64,000 nt of DNA from Raja brachyura (Eukaryota). Below, piece after piece: positions 50,575 through 60,765 of the stretch. How positions within the stretch are numbered: the first letter of the stretch is position 1; the number at the start of each line of letters is the position of its first letter. Under the pieces are notes generated by a model that made no database searches, was not told the origin of the DNA, and saw nothing but the letters and a program-made list of their open reading frames with translations. A program made the translations under genes and the position numbers. Location of the stretch: the NCBI GenBank assembly GCA_963514005.1, contig OY740823.1, positions 8,122,001-8,186,000 on the forward strand, given 5' to 3'.

Positions 50575-52900
50575 CATGTGTAGGAAGGAGGTGCTGGTTT
50601 GCACCGAAAGCAGACACATAATTCCCGACTAACAGCAGGTTAGGCATCTGCAGAGAAAAGGAATAGGTGACGATTCGGGTCGAAACTCTTCTTCCGACTT
50701 AGAATCAGAGTAGAGGGAAACTAGAGATATGAGAATGTACAAACAAATGAATCCGAGGAGAGGGAAACTAGAGGTATGAGAATGTACAAACAAATGAATG
50801 AAAGGTATGAAAAGAACAAATCAAAGCCAGCAACGATGAACAAGGAAAGGTCGAGGCCACGATGGTCCCATTGTTGCTCTGGAAATGGTGATAACGAGTA
50901 CATACAAAGTGAAACGAAACAGGGCCGCAGTGAAACTAGTCAGATGACGAGGGTGGGAGGTGGATGGAGAGAGATGAAATGCAAGGGTTACTTGAAATTA
51001 GAAAAGTCAATATTGATACTGCTGAGTTTTAGGTTGCCGAAGCGAAACATGAGGTGTTGTTCCTCCAATTTGCGTTTAGCTTCACTCTCACAGTGGAGGA
51101 AGCCCAGGACAGAAATGGCAGCGTGAGAATAGGATGGGGTTTGGCAAGCTGGTGATCGCTTAGGGCAAGGCGGACAGAGTGAAGGTGTTCAGAGAAACGA
51201 CCGCCACAGTCTGCGCTTTGATTCACCGATGTACAGGAACCCACATCTACAACAGCGGATACAGTGGTTGGTGGAGGTGCAAGTGAACCTCTGCCTCATC
51301 TGAAAGGACTGTCGGGGTCCCTGGATGAGGTCGAATGAGGAGGTATCTGGATAAGTGTTGCGTCTCCTGGTGTTGCAAGGGGTGGGATGATTGCTGCAGG
51401 AAGGTGTGGATTAAACAGGGAGTTGCGGAGGGAATGTTCTCTGAGAATGGCAGAAAGGGTGGAGATAGAAAGATATGATCGAGGTGGAATCCCGTTGGAG
51501 GTGGCGAAACATTCGGAGGATTATGTGCAGTATGTGACGGCTAACGGGGTGAAAGGCGAGGACTTTAGGGGGCTCCGTCCCTGTTGAGACGGGGAGGGGG
51601 GGTGGGAGAAAGTGTGGAGCTGCGGGATACTGAGGTGACATGGGTGAGGGCATCATCTGGGATAGAAGTGGGGACACGCGGTTCCCTAACGAATGAGCAC
51701 ATCTCGGATGTTCTTGTATGAAGGACGGCTCATCTTAGGTGCAGATACGATGGAGAGAGAGGATAAGTGACCTGGGGTTAGAGTCTTTGCAGGAGGCAGG
51801 ATGAGAAGTGTCGCCCAGCATCTGTGGTTACCCGTAGGTTTGTAATGGACGTTTGACGATAGCTTTCCCCTGTGATGGGGCCGGTGAGATCAAGAAAGTG
51901 GAGGGAGGTCGGAGATCGTCCACGTGAATTTGAGCGCAGGCTGGGAAATGGTAATGATGATAATGATGTCCGTGAGTTCTGCATTGGTCCAGGAAGTAGT
52001 CCCTTTGGAGTCGTCAATGTAGCGGAGAAAGAGGCAACCATAGCTGGGGCCAATACGAGTCCATGGACCAATGCTACGCCTTTGATTTGGAGGAATTGGG
52101 AGGATTCTAATGAGACGTTGATGATAGTGAGCAGCAGTTCCTTGAAGCGGATTGGAGTGTTAGTAGAGGGAAATTGGCTGGTTCAGCTGTCCATGAGAAA
52201 ACGTAGGGCATTAAGCCCCCACTGTTGGGGGGTGGAGGTGTAGAGTGACTGAACGCCCACGGTGAAGTTGAGGGCACTGGGGGCTGGCAAACGGAAGTAA
52301 TTGAAGAGAGAAGGACGTGTGACGTGTCTTGGACATAGGTCGGGAGGGATTGGATCAGAGGAGATAGGATGGAGTCGCGGTGCATGGAAATGATTTCAGG
52401 GGGACAGGAGTTGGCAGAATCCATTAATGGATTTTGGGGAGCAGGTGAAACCGCGCCACGCGGGCCGAGGAACGATGAGGTACTGTGGCTTTGGAGGGCA
52501 GACAGCTGCAAGTGATAAAATTAAAGATGATCGGCGAGATAATGTAGAGGGTACACAATAGGCTGGAGAAACTCAGCGGGTGCAGCTGCATCTAAGGAGC
52601 GAAGGAGATAGGCAACGTTTCGGGCCGAAACCCTTCTTCAGATAATGTGGAGCCATGGTCCAGGGTTAAGTAGGAGGTGTCCACGTTTTGGGATCTGGCC
52701 TCAGCCAGTAGAGGGCAGCTCGCCAGACAACCAAGGTACCTCCCTTGGCGGCGGGCTTAATGCTAAGTCAGAGCGCTGGAGAAACGGTTAAAACGGCCGA
52801 TGCCACATCAGAAATGAAAATGTCCAGGAGGGCTGAAGGCCATCCGGTGAAGTCCAAGAGGAGGAAACCAGTGGAGACGGTATAAGTGGGTCATCACTGG
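50575..52900 (-). mobile_element. degraded Penelope-like element (RT and GIY-YIG) with terminal-repeat copies
   Basis: LPTYVQDTSH, QFLQIKGVA, YIGESKRRL motifs scattered over several frames; hammerhead-like motifs near 50670 and at 52611-52642. Confidence 0.75.
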
Positions 52901-53309
52901 CAAGGAGGTGGAGACCCTTGTTTTTTTATTTGTACCTATTAATACCTCTAGTCTCACCCCCCCCCCCCCCCCCCCCCCCCCGGACTCTCAGTCTAAAGGT
53001 GTTTCTAGACCCAAAACGGCATGTATTCATTTTCTTGGAGTAGGTGCGTGACCCGCTGAGATACAGTAGTCCAGCATTGTGTACCTATCGTGCTATAGCC
53101 CATGGTGCGATCTCTCATTTCATTTATTGTGTCGTTCTCTGCACAGAGACAAAAGTCAGTTCATGACGATTTAGGACCACAGTTCCTAGAATCAGAACTC
53201 AGAAGGGGTCATGTACACATTAAAGTTTTGGGGGCGGATGATTGGTGTAAACATTCGATCACGGTTACTCCTGCAAATGCTTATGTTCACATTAATTACT
53301 GTGCCACAG

Positions 53310-53612
53310 ATGATAGTTCCTGCGGCGAACCGAAGATTACAATTCTTCCACCACCTGTTGAACAAGAGTTAATGGAGATGACCGTGACGTTAACCTGTCT
53401 GGTATCCGATGCACCTTGTGGTATCACGGTATCTTGGAACCACATGAAGGAACATTTGGAATCAGAGATCCAGCCCACAGAACATGCAGATATCGTAGAG
53501 AGCAAAGTCAACATTTCGACTCGTGACTGGCTGAGTGGGGATTATTTCGAATGCGTGGTGAGCCATGATGATATGCCGACTCCAAAAACTGAAAGAATCA
53601 ACTGGAAGAAAG
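53310..53612 (+). CDS. IGHM: IgM CH3 exon
   Basis: CCACAG acceptor, G|GTGAGC donor, 303 nt; SCGEPKITILPPPVEQ.LMEMTVTLTCLVS...VSW...VNISTRDWLSG..FECVVSH.DMPTP. Confidence 0.93.
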
Positions 53613-54009
53613 GTGAGCCGGGGTAGCTGCAGCGATGTTCAGTAGGCCAGAGGTGACTGGTGCACCTTTCTTCTGAGATAAAGCTAAAATTAATGATTGA
53701 GATCACTCCGTCGGCGAAGCAATGTCCATACAAAAGGAAATAGTGCTACCACTTCACTTAATCCTTGGTCAGAACTGGAAAAGAGAGAATACGAGATGAC
53801 TTTGCATGAATATGAGGTGCGGACAGGTTACTGGAAACATCGATGATAATTTGCGGCGAGAGTCAACGTGCGGACACGTTGTCTCTGGTCTCTGGTACAA
53901 TATGGGCATTCAGAGCATTGCAGCGGTTGTAATACTTGCAGGGATATGGGTTTGCCGACCAAATTACCATGTGGTGATGATGGTAAAAAGATTTGTGATG
54001 ATTTCCAAG

Positions 54010-55875
54010 GAAGGAACACCATTAATTTTATACCTAGCAAAGCAGAGGCTAAATTAGACAAAGGCATCTTATGAGATTTCAAAGCTAATAGCAAAAACTG
54101 GAAAACCGCATACCATACCAGGTGAAGATTTGATTTTGCCCGCAATATCTGTGGTGATTTCTACTGTCATGCAACAGAATCCCCCAAAAATTTTTGGAGG
54201 TCATTCCCTTGAGCAACAATACAGTATCAAGGCGCATTGATGAAATGGGAAAGGATGTAGAAAATCAACTGGTTACACTTTTACAAGTAAAGAATTTTGC
54301 ATTACAAATTGATAAATCATCTTTATGTGATAATCAAGCCCTTCTTATGGCGTATGTTAGGTTTTTGGATCATAATAGTGAACTTAGAGAGGAAATGCTT
54401 TTTGCCCGCAGCCTTGTGACAGATACTAAAGGTGAAACAATTTTCAAAGAAGTATTGGTCTATTTCCAAGCAAAAAATATTCCAATGGGTAACATTATGG
54501 CTTGTGCAACTGATGGTGCCGCTGCCATGGTAGGTAGATACAGGGGCTTCATTGCATATTTAAAAGAGACTGTGCCTAATGTTTTTTGCATACACTGCGT
54601 GGTTCATCGTCAACATTTGATTGCAAAAAATTTGGGAGGACGTCTGAAAGATGCTCTTGATAGTGTAATCAAGGCTGTCAACCTTATCAAGTCAAATCCA
54701 CTTCAAGACCGTCTTTTCCGACAACTCTGTGCTAGCAATGAAGAAGGGTTTGAACGCCTACTTTTGCATACAGAGGTGAGATGGCTTTCTAAGGGCAATT
54801 GCCTGTGTCGTTCTGTTGAACTTTGGGAGAGTGTTGTAACGTTTCTGACTGGTAAGCAGCCTGGAGAAGAAATCATAGCTGCCAAATTTGACATATTCTA
54901 CCTTTCAGATATATTTGAGAAGCTAAATATGTTGAACAAACAATTACAAGGTAAAAATACAAATCTTTTAACTTGCAAAGAGGCAATCAGTGCTTTCCTT
55001 GGAAAACTTAATCTGTTCAGGATTAATATTGGGCATAAGGAGTTGTTACACTTTCCAACCCTCGCCACTACTGAGGAGGAGCTGCATGAGGATGATATTT
55101 TAGTGTACATTGATCACTTGAAAAAAATGCACAATGATATGGAAATTAGGTTCAAAGATCTCCTGGAAATGAACATTCCAAGTTGGGTGGTAGACCCATT
55201 TGAGACAAATGCAGCTGATGTTGATATCATACTGCAAGAAAGTCTCATTGAGTTGCAGAGTAATCAAATTGCTCAAGCTAAATTTAAACATGGCCTCAAT
55301 AACTTATGGACAAGTAGTGAAATTGCCATGAAATTCCCATTGCTCTGGCAGGAAATAAAATTATATTTCATTGCCTTTCCAACCTCTTACCAAGTTGAGT
55401 CAGGTTTTAGCCGAGTGTCTCAGCTATTATCAAAAGCTCGCAACCGCTTAGAACATTGACATTGAAAACATGCGAAACTGCATCAGCCACAAGGATCTCA
55501 CTGAATACAGTAAAAAGCTAATATGATATATTTGTTTTTATTTTGCTAAAGGATTTTATTTTTTGAAGTACAAAAGTAATCATTTTTTAAAGGTTATTAA
55601 TTTTCTGGGTGTCCATGGATTTTTTTTTGTTATGCTGCTAGATCAGAAAATTAATGTATGATTATAAATGGTAGTTTTATTGAACCCACAAAATATTGTT
55701 GATGTTTGTGGAATAGAATAAAAGAGAATATATGTGCAATTAATAGACACTGATATTTTTATAGAAGGTATTATAATATTGAAGTACTTCTTTCCCGCTA
55801 ATAATGTCAGGGGGGGCTCAGAAAAATTAAAAGATCCCAAGGGGGCCATGAGCTAAAAAAGGTTGGGAACCACTG
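54010..55875 (+). mobile_element. hAT (Buster/Charlie-type) DNA transposon, 5'-truncated
   Basis: 3' TIR (reverse complement CAGTGGTTCCCAACCT) ends at 55875, followed by TCCTAACT (NNNTANNN target pattern); 5' TIR not found. Confidence 0.85.
54194..55459 (+). CDS. hAT transposase catalytic core and dimerisation region (ZBED5/SCAND3-like), N-terminally disrupted
   Basis: LSNNTVSRRI, FALQID, TDGAAAM, HCVVHRQ, TEVRWLS, FPTSYQVESGFS. Confidence 0.85.
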   Translation: MEVIPLSNNTVSRRIDEMGKDVENQLVTLLQVKNFALQIDKSSLCDNQALLMAYVRFLDHNSELREEMLFARSLVTDTKGETIFKEVLVYFQAKNIPMGNIMACATDGAAAMVGRYRGFIAYLKETVPNVFCIHCVVHRQHLIAKNLGGRLKDALDSVIKAVNLIKSNPLQDRLFRQLCASNEEGFERLLLHTEVRWLSKGNCLCRSVELWESVVTFLTGKQPGEEIIAAKFDIFYLSDIFEKLNMLNKQLQGKNTNLLTCKEAISAFLGKLNLFRINIGHKELLHFPTLATTEEELHEDDILVYIDHLKKMHNDMEIRFKDLLEMNIPSWVVDPFETNAADVDIILQESLIELQSNQIAQAKFKHGLNNLWTSSEIAMKFPLLWQEIKLYFIAFPTSYQVESGFSRVSQLLSKARNRLEH

Positions 55876-56251
55876 TCCTAACTGATACAATAGGTAATGG
55901 CCCTGAAGAAGGGCCTCGACCCGAAACGTTGCCTATCTCCTTTGCTCCTAGATGCTGCTGCACCCGCTGAGTTTCTCCAGCTTTTTGTGTAACCCAGGTA
56001 ATGGTACAATATGTACTAGCATGTATGGCACTTCTATTTTCATTTGTGAAATGTTCCTGAACACTCCAGAGCAAACAGCGTCTCGCCTCACGCCAACCCT
56101 GTGTCTCGGCGGCGTGTGGCCACCTTCAGCCATGGCGAGAATGGAGCGGGCAAAGCGGAACCATGACTGGAACCGGAGCAGTGAACGCCGCGTCCCGCCC
56201 CGCCGTTTCCTCGGAGACAATAAAACGCTAAGATACTCAAGCAAATTTATA

Positions 56252-56980
56252 GTTTACTTCGGGGTCACGTGAGTGACTTCGTGAAGACCCCGCCAGCATG
56301 CATGCGCGACCTCCAGGTAAGTTTTGCTAACTTTGAGTTGGTTTGGCACTCTGTGTTTCCAAAATCTTCTATTACAGAGCACCCAGAGCCGAGTATGAAG
56401 AAGGGTCGAAGCAAGAAAAGGGCTGCTTCCAGGCACGCCACGGAGGGCCGCGGGACCTCGGAGAAAGTTCAGTGGCCAAATTCTCCAGAGCTGGCCGTTG
56501 AATATACGGCAGCCCCCATTCCACTACAGTCCGGGTAGCCCCGTTCTATTGGCAGGCCCCCACTCTCCACCGCGACAGTCCGGAAGAACGCGGACTGGCG
56601 GCAGATCCGTGCGGAGGTCGCGTAGCCCCGTTGATACAGCAGGCATTGACTTTCCACCGCAACAGTCTGGAAGACTACCACGGACTGGCGGTCACAGCCC
56701 CGTTGACTCAGCTGAGTCGGGGGACGACGATCTGCCATTCGTAGATAGCAACGGCGATCGCATTGCCCGCATGGAGTGGATGATGGAGCAACTGCTCCAG
56801 AGGGACCTACGCCAGCAGGAGCATGGTCCCCATGGACCGTATCACAGGCCCACGACAGCACCCTATCCAGGACTGTCCAATGTCTCTCCTGCCTCGATGG
56901 GGAGTGCCAGAAGTGTGGGCTGTGCTGACTTTGAAGAAGGGTTGACAGAAGACCTAAAATTGCAGGGGATGCAAGAAGTA
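56252..56980 (+). mobile_element. DIRS1 5' fragment (left terminus and gag start)
   Basis: TTTACTTCGGGGTCACGTGAGTGACTTCGTGAAGACCCCGCCAGCATGCATGCGCGAC matches the copy B left end; RIARMEWMMEQLLQRDL. Confidence 0.85.
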
Positions 56981-57191
56981 GGTATGTTGCAAAACTTACC
57001 TTGAGCAGCGCTGCAGTTCTGCCGCTGCCCGTGTGCGCGACTTTGGCGCCTTTCAGAGGGGGGCGGGCTTAAAGGTCCGTTTTTCTACAGACAGGGATAA
57101 TCGATGAATGTCGGGCGATTTCGTTGCGGAAGAAAAATCGCTCCGACATTTCATCAATGAAGGTATTTTTAAATTACTCTAAATTATTTAT

Positions 57192-57634
57192 TGTGAGATA
57201 TAAAAAAATCACAAATGCTGTTTGAGACAAAGTCAGCAAAGAAGCTTTTATTAAGATAATATTCTGCAGAATAGGTGCCTCTCCTTTGCTGTCCCCTAGA
57301 GGCACACCGAGGGTCGGGATGTATTCTATCTTTATACATTTCATTACATTATAGCCTCACCCTCTTTTCTCACCATTTTGCCTCTTTTTAATTATAACAT
57401 AAAGCCCACATTCCCACGAGAAAGTCCAGGAACGCCTCGGAACATCTCCTGACGTCAAAGGCTTAAACTGAAGTTTCTATCTGCTACTTTTCATCTCAAA
57501 GTTCTCTCTGTTCTATCTGTCGTGACTTTCTATTCCACTAACAGTCTGGCTTTGTTGAAACCTTATTTCTTTCTACGCTATATTTTTCTATTCCTAGTTT
57601 AAATCAACCATGTCTGTTAACCCCTTTTCTCACA
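57192..57634 (-). repeat. ERV 3' LTR
   Basis: TG...CA termini; direct repeat of 63123-63565. Confidence 0.95.
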
Positions 57635-57669
57635 ATCCATCATTTTCTTTTTGCCACGCAACTTTTGAT

Positions 57670-59568
57670 TTACACTACATCCTCCTTTTCTAATGCGATC
57701 AACAGATTCTTCGCCACCATATCCCCCTCTCGTTGGTCATAATGTGTTCTGAAAGCCATTATGGTGGCAGCACTGTTCTTTGTCAGGGCTGTTTCTATCA
57801 TTCGCTGGGCCAACCCCCGTACGCAGGGAATGATACAGCATCCAAACAAACACAGTAACCCCACCATGATTACCACTGATGTTAGGGTTGATGTAAAGAT
57901 GTGCTTCCATTTCCCAAACCAGGATTCTAGAAACCCAGTCCAGGAGGTGTCTTCTCCAGAGTTCTCAGCCAATTCGATAGACAGAGAGGTGAGACCTGCT
58001 AGGGCTCTTGGCACTGACCCATCCGGAGCAGTGTTGTTGGGGATGAATGTGCAACATTGTTCGCCAAACATTACACATATCCCTCCCTTCTCAGCCAGTA
58101 GCATTTCCAAGGCCATGCGATTTTGCCAGGTCATTTGGCTGGTAGCTGTCAGTTGTTCCGCTAATCCTTCAACTGCATCTCGAGTGTAATTTATAAAGCG
58201 TTGTTGATTGTAGTATAAGTAGTTGATCCAGTCCACATTTTTATTAATTGTGGACCACCAGAAGAGCATGGACTCAAAGCCCGCAGCTATCTGGTTTCTG
58301 GCTTTGAATTCATCGGGTACCCCTCTTGGCACTCCTATCGCATCTATATAGATGTGTGTGTCGAATGATCCCTTCACCTTTCTCTTTTGTCGTCGGTTTC
58401 CTTCCTTGAGTTCTACAGCATGTTCTACTGCCATGGTAAAGGGCATCATCAGTTGTATGAGGGTACAGGTTCCCGTCCATGACCCTTGTAACCGGGGCCA
58501 CAGGGTATTCTCCCCGCACCACCACCAGACATCAGCTCTACTGACTATCTGCTTTCTCAGCCAGGAGCTATTGAACAGAGGCCCCTGTTCCTCAGCCGTT
58601 ATGTTATACGTCTGATTGCAGTTGAGCACCTTCCCCATGTCCTGTCCCTCTGGGTTATCCCTTGTATAGCACTCAAATCCTTCCTCCCCAAGAGGAATGG
58701 TAAATGGAGGAGGTCTAGGGTCTTCCCTTCGGCCCTTCGTATTGTTGTTGCTGGTCGGAAATAAGTAATGATAGCTCTGGCATATCGCATTCTTTGGTAA
58801 GAGGGGATTCGTGAATAGCTGTAGTATACATGACATAGCCCCAGGTGTTCTATCCCAATTCAGGGGAAATGGTACTGGGACCAGCTGAGGCCTGGCTCCG
58901 GCGCAGGCGTAACAATTGATTCGTTGTATACTTCTAGCTGTGTATATCATCCAGGCTAGCCAGGTGTTGGCTCCTTTTCCCCCTGTTGGTATTCCCTTCT
59001 CATATAACTGTCTTAATCCTGTTTCTCCTGCTACTATCATTATCTTCAGATCCTTAGGCTCATTTTCCCTATTTACATTGCTGACTGCTGGTGTTGCCCC
59101 GGGATCCCTATTCTGACTCTCATATAACTTGAACACCTCTCCCTTCTCCTCGTATCTTACCATCGCTCCATCCCACTTCACTTCTATCTCAAACTTCAGA
59201 CATGCATCCTTCCCTGTTCTATCTGCACATATCCAATATCTACCACTTTCCTGCATTTGAACACTCTGTATGCTCACATATACGCGTCCTGGTAATTTCT
59301 CGTTCGGGTTTTGATACACGTTCCACCTATCGGTTTGATAGGTGGTCCGATGCCACCCATATTTTGATGAAATGAACACCGCGTGCCAATCTTTACAGGG
59401 ATGGGTGCATACATACATTCTATAGCCGCACCATCATTTTCCTTTACATACATCAAATGGGATGGTGGTGGACCTTCTATTCTGTGGTATTGTGATTTTT
59501 ATGCATGTTAAATTACTTACAAGTTGGGTGATTTCCCAACACACGACCCACCAACATGAAATCTTCAT
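57670..59568 (-). CDS. env: retroviral envelope, 632 codons with one in-frame TGA at codon 45; 582 aa open from the next ATG
   Basis: Signal-like MKISCWWVVCW, CYAC, RQKR, fusion peptide, ISD QNRMALEMLLAEKGG, CX6CC, TM helix. Confidence 0.92.
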
Positions 59569-59966
59569 TTTTCCCGCGGGTTCCTGGTAAATATAAAAGT
59601 CAATGATTCCTCTCCTTTGCGCACAGTCCACGGGCTGATATTGTCTGGTGAGGCCTCCACAGGACCCTTAACTCGACTTGTGTGTGTCCATCTTTTCTCT
59701 CTTGTTCGTACTGCTGTGTCAGTGATTAGTAACACCAGGTTGCAGCTTATCTTCTTTCCACGTTTTTTTAATTTATACCCAGTCTCCAGCCTTGACTGAG
59801 TGAATCGGGAAATCCAGTGGTGGGCTCTGTGCCAGCAATCCTTTAATTTTTAGTTCTGCAAGAAATTGGGACACTGCCAGTAAATAGTTCCTTAAGAATA
59901 CATCACTGCCCTCGCATTGTTGGAACTCCTTCTACCTTCCCTAAGTATGGGAGCCCAAATAACATC

Positions 59967-60765
59967 TCATATGGTGATATCCCTATGTCTTTTCGAGGTG
60001 CCGTTTCGGATTCTTAACAGGGCTATCGGGAGGCACTTAGTCCAGGTGAGTCTTGTTTCCTCTATCAACTTGGTGATTTGGGTCTTCAAGGTGCTATTCA
60101 TTCTTTCCACCTTTCCTGAGCTCTGGGGATGCCATGGTGTATGCAATTTCCATTCTATTCCCAGTGCTTCACATATCATTTTATGTGTTTTGGAGGCAAA
60201 ATGGGTCCCTCTATCTAAGTCTATTGTTTCCACAATCCCATATCTGGGTATAATTTGTTCTAGTAATATCTTGGCTACCGCCTGTGAGGTGGCAGTTGCC
60301 GTGGGGAATGCCTCTACCCACCTGGTGAAATGGTCCACTATCACTAACAGGTACTTCCAGGTTTTTACCTGGGGCAGCTCGGTGAAATCTATCTGTATTC
60401 TCTGGAAAGGTTGTCCACCTCCTGGGACTGCTCTCATGATTTTTTAATTTTTTTTTAATTTGCTGACATATTACACAGCCCCCTATGACTTGTCCGGCCA
60501 TGGTATACATTCCACGGCAAGGGTAGGTTCTGAGGAGGGTGTCACAGAGGGCTTGTGTTCCCCAATGGCTTTGTCCATGCAACCTCCCTAATAATTCTCT
60601 CATTATTTCTTTGTTCAATAGCTGCTTTCCATCCGGTGTCCACCATTTCCCATTTGAAGTACGTTGAGCCCCCATTTCTCGCATGTGTTCCTGCTCTTTC
60701 TCACTAAAGATAGGTATCTTTTCCTCTTGTCCCCTTAAAGGTATTAATGACTTCATTTCTACCAT
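59967..60765 (-). pseudogene. pol: retroviral integrase, frameshifted in a poly-A run near 60440-60457
   Basis: HHCC (HGQSHWG...CVIC) and D-D35E (QIDF, DLDRGTHF, GKVERMN). Confidence 0.9.

Larger units (their letters stand above)
39480..53612 (+). pseudogene. IGHM: IgM heavy-chain cluster with germline-joined, out-of-frame VDJ (leader, VDJ, CH1, CH2, CH3; continues past the window)
   Basis: Five phase-1 exons with GT-AG boundaries; C domains match recalled elasmobranch mu-chain motifs. Confidence 0.88.

Noticed and set aside
53102-53309. N-terminal extension of the CH3 ORF as a separate protein
   Set aside because: Intronic sequence upstream of the AG acceptor at 53308-53309.
47077-53612. 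IgW/IgX or IgNAR isotype
   Set aside because: CH1, CH2 and CH3 each follow recalled shark mu-chain motifs in order (WKKD..TTG.K.YP.V.NK.GTYT; FSATS.LT.PA.EWF; LPP..EQ.L.E.TVTLTC...WLSG).
59434-59436. env TGA as selenocysteine
   Set aside because: No SECIS identified by eye, and simpler explanations exist.
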